A stretch of 64,000 nt of DNA from Bacillota bacterium. GTDB lineage: Bacteria; Bacillota; Clostridia; Lachnospirales; Lachnospiraceae. Both the position numbers and the translations under genes were made by a program. Below are positions 57,860 through 64,000 of this stretch, piece by piece (the stretch's first letter is position 1; each line of letters starts with the position of its first letter). Below the pieces are notes generated by a model, which was not told the origin of the DNA, did no database searches, and saw only the letters and a list, made by a program, of their open reading frames with translations. Location: contig JAKPAB010000006.1 of the NCBI GenBank assembly GCA_029779695.1, forward strand, positions 6,173 to 70,172, given 5' to 3'.

Positions 57860-60097
57860 ATGGCTACTCCTGAGAGAATAATATTTTCAGAGTATTCTGA
57901 GGAAATGCAGAAATCATATATAGATTATGCGATGAGTGTTATTGTTCAAAGAGCTCTTCCTGACGTAAGGGATGGTCTAAAACCCGTTCAGAGACGTACT
58001 TTATATGACATGTATGAGCTTGGTATCAAATCTGACAAGCCATACAGAAAGTCTGCTCGTATTGTAGGTGACACCATGGGTAAATATCATCCTCATGGTG
58101 ATAGTTCTATTTATGAATCACTTGTAGTTATGGCTCAGGATTTCAAAAAAGAGCTTCCTTTGGTTGATGGACATGGCAATTTTGGCTCGATTGAGGGCGA
58201 TGGAGCTGCCGCAATGCGTTATACTGAGGCTCGCCTTCAGAAAATCACGGAAGAAGCGTATTTAGGAGATCTTGATAAAGAAGTTGTCAATTTTGTGCCT
58301 AATTTTGATGAGACTGAAACGGAACCTGAAGTACTTCCTGTCAGAATACCTAACCTTCTTATAAATGGAGCTGAAGGTATTGCAGTTGGAATGGCTACAA
58401 GCATACCACCTCATAATCTATCAGAGGTTATAGATGGTGTGATTGAATACATGAAGAATCCGGATATTAATACAGATGATATGATGAAAATCATTTCAGG
58501 CCCTGATTTTCCAACAGGCGGAATCGTTGCCAACAAGGATGAACTATTAAGTATTTATTCTACTGGTGAGGGCAAAATCCGCATAAGAGGTAGAGTTCAG
58601 ATTGAAAAAGGTAAAAATGGAAGAACTAATATTGTTGTAACTGAGATACCCTACACGATGATAGGTGCAAATATTGGTAAATTTCTGAATGATGTGTATG
58701 ACTTAACCGAAAGCCATCAGACTAATGATATAACGGATATATCAAACATGTCATCCAAAGAGGGAATCCGAATTGTAATTGAACTTAAAAAAGGTGCTGA
58801 TGTAGAAAATGTCAAAAATCTTCTATATAAGAAAACCAGGCTCGAGGACACATTCGGTGTAAATATGCTTTCAGTTGTTGATGGTAGACCTGAGACAATG
58901 GGAATCGTCCCGATAATAAGGCATAGTGTTGATTTTCAGTATGAACTTGTAACAAAAAAATATACATATCTCTTAATAAAAGAAAGGGATAAAAAGGAAA
59001 TACAGGAAGGTCTTATAAAGGCTTGTGATGTAATCGATCTAATTATTGAGATCCTAAGAGGAAGCAAGGATCGAAAGATGGCAAAGGAATGCCTTACTAA
59101 GGGCATAATTGATAATATTAAGTTTAAAAGTGAACAGTCTAAAAAAGATGCACAGTATCTGCTATTTACAGATAGACAGGCTGATGCAATTCTTGAGATG
59201 CGTTTATATAAACTAATTGGTCTGGAAATAGATGCTCTTCGTGGTGATTATATGAAAACCATGCAGAACATTCAGAATTACTCTGAGATTCTTGAGAATC
59301 GTGGTTCAATGGCCAAGGTTATAATCAAGGATCTAAAGGCATATAAGGAAGAATTTGGAAGAGAGAGAAGAACAGAAATCTGTAATCTTGACGAGGTTAT
59401 CGTAGAAGAGAAGCCGATTGAAGAAGAGGATGTAGTGATCCTACTCGATAGATTTGCTTATGCAAAAGTAATAGATGTTCCTACCTATGAGAGAAATAAA
59501 GAAGCTGCTGACGCGGAATCCAAGAATGTTATTTTCTGCAAGAATATTGATAGATTGGCGATTTTTACGGACAGGGGTAATGAATATATTGTCAAGGTTC
59601 TTGATATTCCCCAGAGAAAGTTCAGAGAAAAGGGCTTACCTCTTGATAATATCAGTAATTTTGACTCGGCATCTGAGCATATCTTGCTGATCGAAACTAT
59701 TGACGAATTAAAAGGTAAAAAAGTATTTTTTGGGACCAAAGATAATTTGATCAAGATAGTAGATGGAGAGCTTTTTGATGTAACACGTAAGACATCTCAG
59801 GCTACGAAATTAGGAGATAATGATGAAGTGATTATCGTTCATATCATTAATCCTGATGATACAGTTGCAGTATATTCAGAAAATGGATATTTCCTTAGAT
59901 TCCAAGCTTCTGATGTACCGGAAAAGAAAAAAGCAGCTCTTGGTGTACGTGGAATGAATACTAAAACTGGCGAGAATATTATTGGAATTGCAATTCTTAA
60001 GCCAGGTGATGAAAAGGCTGTTAAAGTAGGTAAGAATGAAGTCCATTTAGAGCGACTTCATATTGCCGCAAGAAATCAAAGAGGAACTAAACGCTAA
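57860..60097 (+). CDS. parC: Type IIA topoisomerase DNA-cleavage subunit (ParC / GyrA-like; topoisomerase IV subunit A favoured)
   Basis: [21 protein letters not shown], and AAMRYTE (catalytic Tyr). At 745 aa the C-terminal beta-pinwheel is short. I saw no canonical GyrA box (QRRGGKG) at the start of the CTD. Confidence 0.8.
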   Translation: MATPERIIFSEYSEEMQKSYIDYAMSVIVQRALPDVRDGLKPVQRRTLYDMYELGIKSDKPYRKSARIVGDTMGKYHPHGDSSIYESLVVMAQDFKKELPLVDGHGNFGSIEGDGAAAMRYTEARLQKITEEAYLGDLDKEVVNFVPNFDETETEPEVLPVRIPNLLINGAEGIAVGMATSIPPHNLSEVIDGVIEYMKNPDINTDDMMKIISGPDFPTGGIVANKDELLSIYSTGEGKIRIRGRVQIEKGKNGRTNIVVTEIPYTMIGANIGKFLNDVYDLTESHQTNDITDISNMSSKEGIRIVIELKKGADVENVKNLLYKKTRLEDTFGVNMLSVVDGRPETMGIVPIIRHSVDFQYELVTKKYTYLLIKERDKKEIQEGLIKACDVIDLIIEILRGSKDRKMAKECLTKGIIDNIKFKSEQSKKDAQYLLFTDRQADAILEMRLYKLIGLEIDALRGDYMKTMQNIQNYSEILENRGSMAKVIIKDLKAYKEEFGRERRTEICNLDEVIVEEKPIEEEDVVILLDRFAYAKVIDVPTYERNKEAADAESKNVIFCKNIDRLAIFTDRGNEYIVKVLDIPQRKFREKGLPLDNISNFDSASEHILLIETIDELKGKKVFFGTKDNLIKIVDGELFDVTRKTSQATKLGDNDEVIIVHIINPDDTVAVYSENGYFLRFQASDVPEKKKAALGVRGMNTKTGENIIGIAILKPGDEKAVKVGKNEVHLERLHIAARNQRGTKR

Positions 60098-60119
60098 AAG
60101 TAATCATAATTTCGGAATT

Positions 60120-60776
60120 TTATAGCAAGCTGACGATTAGAACGAATAGATTTAATATCGAATGAGATAAAATCGCCGTCCAAAGTTTTTTTGTCTTAAC
60201 GAAAGTGTACCCTAGTGGTATACCTACTAAAAATGCATATGTGAACTGAACAATATTTGCATGCATTATGCCAAACAAAAGGGCAGATAAGACTATGGCA
60301 ATTTTTTCACCATACATAATATTCAATTGACCTGCTATTATTCCGCGATAAAGGGTTTCTTCCAATATTGGTACGATTATTACTGTTGTCAGTATTTTTA
60401 GTAATATGCTTCCGTCATTCAGGGTATCTTTTGCATTTTTGTATGTAGTGGAATATGCCATAAATGGAAGTTTTGTGATCAATATATTAAGAATAATCCC
60501 AATAACTACAGTTATTAATATAAGAGACAGATCTCTAATAGCATCTTGCTTAGAAAAAATGTTGTCAGCCTTTATGGTTGGCACTTTTTTATATATAACA
60601 ATTATAAAGGGAAACGTTATGATAGCTGCAAAAAAAAGTGGTAATAAGTCGCCAACATTTTTGGGCAAGAGCAATCTAAATAGTCCATCGGATACCTGAT
60701 AAATTATTGCATAGATCAAAAGAGGATATATAATCTGAAATAATCTGTTTAAATGTAGTTTTCGTTTGTTATTCAA
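60120..60776 (-). CDS. CPBP-family intramembrane glutamic endopeptidase (CAAX protease / Abi-like)
   Basis: Polytopic membrane protein with motif 1 EETLYRG, motif 2 FGIMHAN and motif 3 HSILN. Confidence 0.85.
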   Translation of the reverse strand: MNNKRKLHLNRLFQIIYPLLIYAIIYQVSDGLFRLLLPKNVGDLLPLFFAAIITFPFIIVIYKKVPTIKADNIFSKQDAIRDLSLILITVVIGIILNILITKLPFMAYSTTYKNAKDTLNDGSILLKILTTVIIVPILEETLYRGIIAGQLNIMYGEKIAIVLSALLFGIMHANIVQFTYAFLVGIPLGYTFVKTKKLWTAILSHSILNLFVLIVSLL

Positions 60777-60797
60777 TTTAGTACTCCTTAATTATTT

Positions 60798-61904
60798 TTA
60801 GAATGGCAGAGAAAAGTTTTCAGTAATGGCTTCTTTCCAACTTTTAGCCAGCTTTGACAAAATGTCAAAAAAAAGAGCCTGTTTGTTTTTTGGAAGATCC
60901 TTGAGATGTTTTCCAATTGCTAGAATTGTTTTTCCACTATCTGGAAGAGAACTAGCTGAAGATCCAGCTTCCTCTGCCATGGAATTAAAAACTATGCTTA
61001 CAAACTGTTCTCGATCTTCATCAGACACTCCACTTAACCATTCTTTTAATGTTCCATTAAAAACATTTGACCATACGCCAGGTTCTTGAACGGTTTCAAA
61101 ATTGTTACCCATGAGTTGCCATGAAAAGACATCATGTTGCATCATTCCACTGGCGGAACTTCTGACAATTTTATGATTGTATTCATTCCCAAGGATCATA
61201 CCGACCATTGACTGTTCAGGAATAATTGAAATGATTTTGTCTAAAATACTTATGTATTCAGGACTGCTCAGGATCTCTTCTCTAAAACCAGGACCATCAT
61301 TAGAATATATATTGATCAGTTTATCACGTACAGCGCTATTGGAAAATGCAGCACCATATACAGAAAAGTTTCCACCTTTTGAATGACCGCCAACTCGTAT
61401 TGCCTTATAATTATCTGCCATTTTATTAATATAATCCACAGACATTAATTGACCTGAAGTCTGGTTCTTAAAACTCATATTAAAATCTTCCTGCCAACCA
61501 ACTATGGTCTGATCAGTACCTCTAAATGCAATATAAACAGAATTATCAGGAAGAATAAAGGTCATTGCTGAAAATTGAACTTCTGATTCGGGGATTATCT
61601 CATTAATATAATTAGTAATACGAATTTTATCAAATCTCTTGGTATTTGAAGCCTTTTTTAATAGAAGAGCAGATCGTAAAAAATGCTTTTCTTCTTCCGG
61701 AATATTCTCAATAGGATTTTTCTTGAAATATAATTCTGCTGCTCTAATAAGAGAAATAGATTCATTGTCTGCCAATGAATTACATATTTCATCAAGAGGA
61801 GTATATGTAATTGCAGATAGAACAAGATTATCTATATCATTAAATGAAGACATTGCAAAACTAATGTCGCCTCGCCAATCGAGATAATCTATGATATTTG
61901 CCAT
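60798..61904 (-). CDS. Mbeg1-like (DUF2974) alpha/beta-hydrolase, lipase-like
   Basis: Starts IIDYLDWRGDISF.... FRGTD...GW block, then nucleophile elbow GHSKGG. AGGAG RBS. 21 nt upstream of the CPBP gene on the same strand. Confidence 0.7.
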   Translation of the reverse strand: MANIIDYLDWRGDISFAMSSFNDIDNLVLSAITYTPLDEICNSLADNESISLIRAAELYFKKNPIENIPEEEKHFLRSALLLKKASNTKRFDKIRITNYINEIIPESEVQFSAMTFILPDNSVYIAFRGTDQTIVGWQEDFNMSFKNQTSGQLMSVDYINKMADNYKAIRVGGHSKGGNFSVYGAAFSNSAVRDKLINIYSNDGPGFREEILSSPEYISILDKIISIIPEQSMVGMILGNEYNHKIVRSSASGMMQHDVFSWQLMGNNFETVQEPGVWSNVFNGTLKEWLSGVSDEDREQFVSIVFNSMAEEAGSSASSLPDSGKTILAIGKHLKDLPKNKQALFFDILSKLAKSWKEAITENFSLPF

Positions 61905-62197
61905 ATTTTTCTCCTATATTTTATCTTTTTCGCTAATTTAATCTATTACCTTTTGTTTAGGCTTTTACTTCTAGCTCTTATTAATATAGAACGTATGTTA
62001 TTAATACATTTTATATAATATCTTAATTATATAAAATTATAAAGACTAAACCATGAACTGTTAGATATAATCCTTTTTTTTAAAATTAAAAACACAAAAG
62101 CATATACATATATTTTAAAGCGAGAGGAAAAGTTAGTAAAAAAGAGTAAAAGTAAGATAATATTAAATATATGTAGAATATTGTCTGATCGCATTAC

Positions 62198-62226
62198 TTG
62201 CAACTTTAATCTAATAAAATTATTAT
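62198..62226 (+). promoter_or_regulatory. Putative sigma-A promoter of groES-groEL (TTGCAA-17 nt-TATTAT)
   Basis: Hexamers at 62198-62203 and 62221-62226, immediately upstream of the CIRCE element. Confidence 0.5.
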
Positions 62227-62238
62227 TATCAACAGTGA

Positions 62239-62265
62239 TTAGCACTCCAAGAAAATGAGTGCTAA
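62239..62265 (+). promoter_or_regulatory. CIRCE operator (HrcA binding site)
   Basis: Perfect TTAGCACTC-N9-GAGTGCTAA, between the promoter and groES. Confidence 0.92.
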
Positions 62266-62316
62266 TAATCTCTAGAAATTATATTTCATAGAATTAACTT
62301 AAAAGGAGGCATTTTT

Positions 62317-62601
62317 ATGAAGTTAGTACCATTGTCAGACAGAGTCGTTCTGCAGCAGTGCGAAGCTGAAGAGACAACCAAATCAGGAATCATTCTCGCA
62401 TCAGCAGCTCAGGAAAAACCACAGGAAGCAATTGTCGTTGCTGTAGGTCCTGGTGGAATTGTTGATGGAAAAGAAGTTGAGATGCAGGTTAAGGCTGGAC
62501 AGAAAGTTATCTATTCCAAGTATTCAGGAACAGAGGTCAAACTTGATGGTGAAGACTATATCATTGTTCGTCAGAATGATATTCTTGCAGTTGTTGAGTA
62601 A
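62317..62601 (+). CDS. groES: Co-chaperonin GroES
   Basis: 94 aa: PL.DRVV......EETTKSGI.L...A.EKP....VVAVGPG. AAGGAGG RBS. Confidence 0.95.
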   Translation: MKLVPLSDRVVLQQCEAEETTKSGIILASAAQEKPQEAIVVAVGPGGIVDGKEVEMQVKAGQKVIYSKYSGTEVKLDGEDYIIVRQNDILAVVE

Positions 62602-62629
62602 TAAGTTTTGATTATTTTAAACATTTTGA

Positions 62630-64000
<1,371 letters not shown>

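Noticed and set aside
62027-62245. 72-aa minus-strand ORF in the AT-rich spacer upstream of groES
   Set aside because: It overlaps the predicted groES promoter and the CIRCE left arm. Its translation is a low-complexity I/L/F/N-rich peptide, and it has no RBS.

Overview
AT-rich Firmicutes chromosome segment. Gene content and synteny suggest a Clostridia, Lachnospiraceae-like organism, but that is inference, not a database hit. I count 64 protein genes (61 on the + strand, 3 on the - strand) plus one tmRNA. Almost all of it is conserved housekeeping. In order: cysS-mrnC-rlmB-sigH; gap, pgk and tpiA; purC-purF-purB; gdhA; the trans-translation block secG-rnr-smpB-ssrA; hisH-hisF; ung; a split purH (archaeal-type PurO plus an AICAR-transformylase-only PurH); tmcAL and ackA; yceD-rpmF; plsX-acpP-rnc-smc-ftsY-ylxM-ffh-rpsP-khpA-rimM-trmD-rplS; lepB-rbgA-lepB-rnhB-(ylqG-like)-yraN-(ylqH-like)-der-plsY-gpsA; dut; a parE/parC-like type IIA topoisomerase pair; and CIRCE-controlled groES-groEL, which runs off the 3' end. 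I corrected several start codons in the supplied ORF track using RBS spacing, and added rpmF, the groEL fragment and the tmRNA, which the track lacks. I found no CRISPR array, transposase, integrase, prophage or recognisable defence or toxin-antitoxin module, and no convincing complete novel system. The candidates most worth follow-up are: (1) a FliK-C-like protein and a stand-alone FlhB-C-like fragment inside a ribosome-biogenesis operon; (2) an orphan cheV next to a hyper-acidic, repeat-containing, membrane-anchored 675-aa protein; (3) an orphan FliD-like Ser/Asn/Thr-rich protein; (4) a PRTase-fold protein with a C-terminal CxxC between dut and the topoisomerase genes; (5) an Mbeg1-like hydrolase plus CPBP protease pair; (6) several unexplained inverted repeats in intergenic regions. 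Every functional call rests on motifs read by eye and recalled family knowledge. No searches were run.
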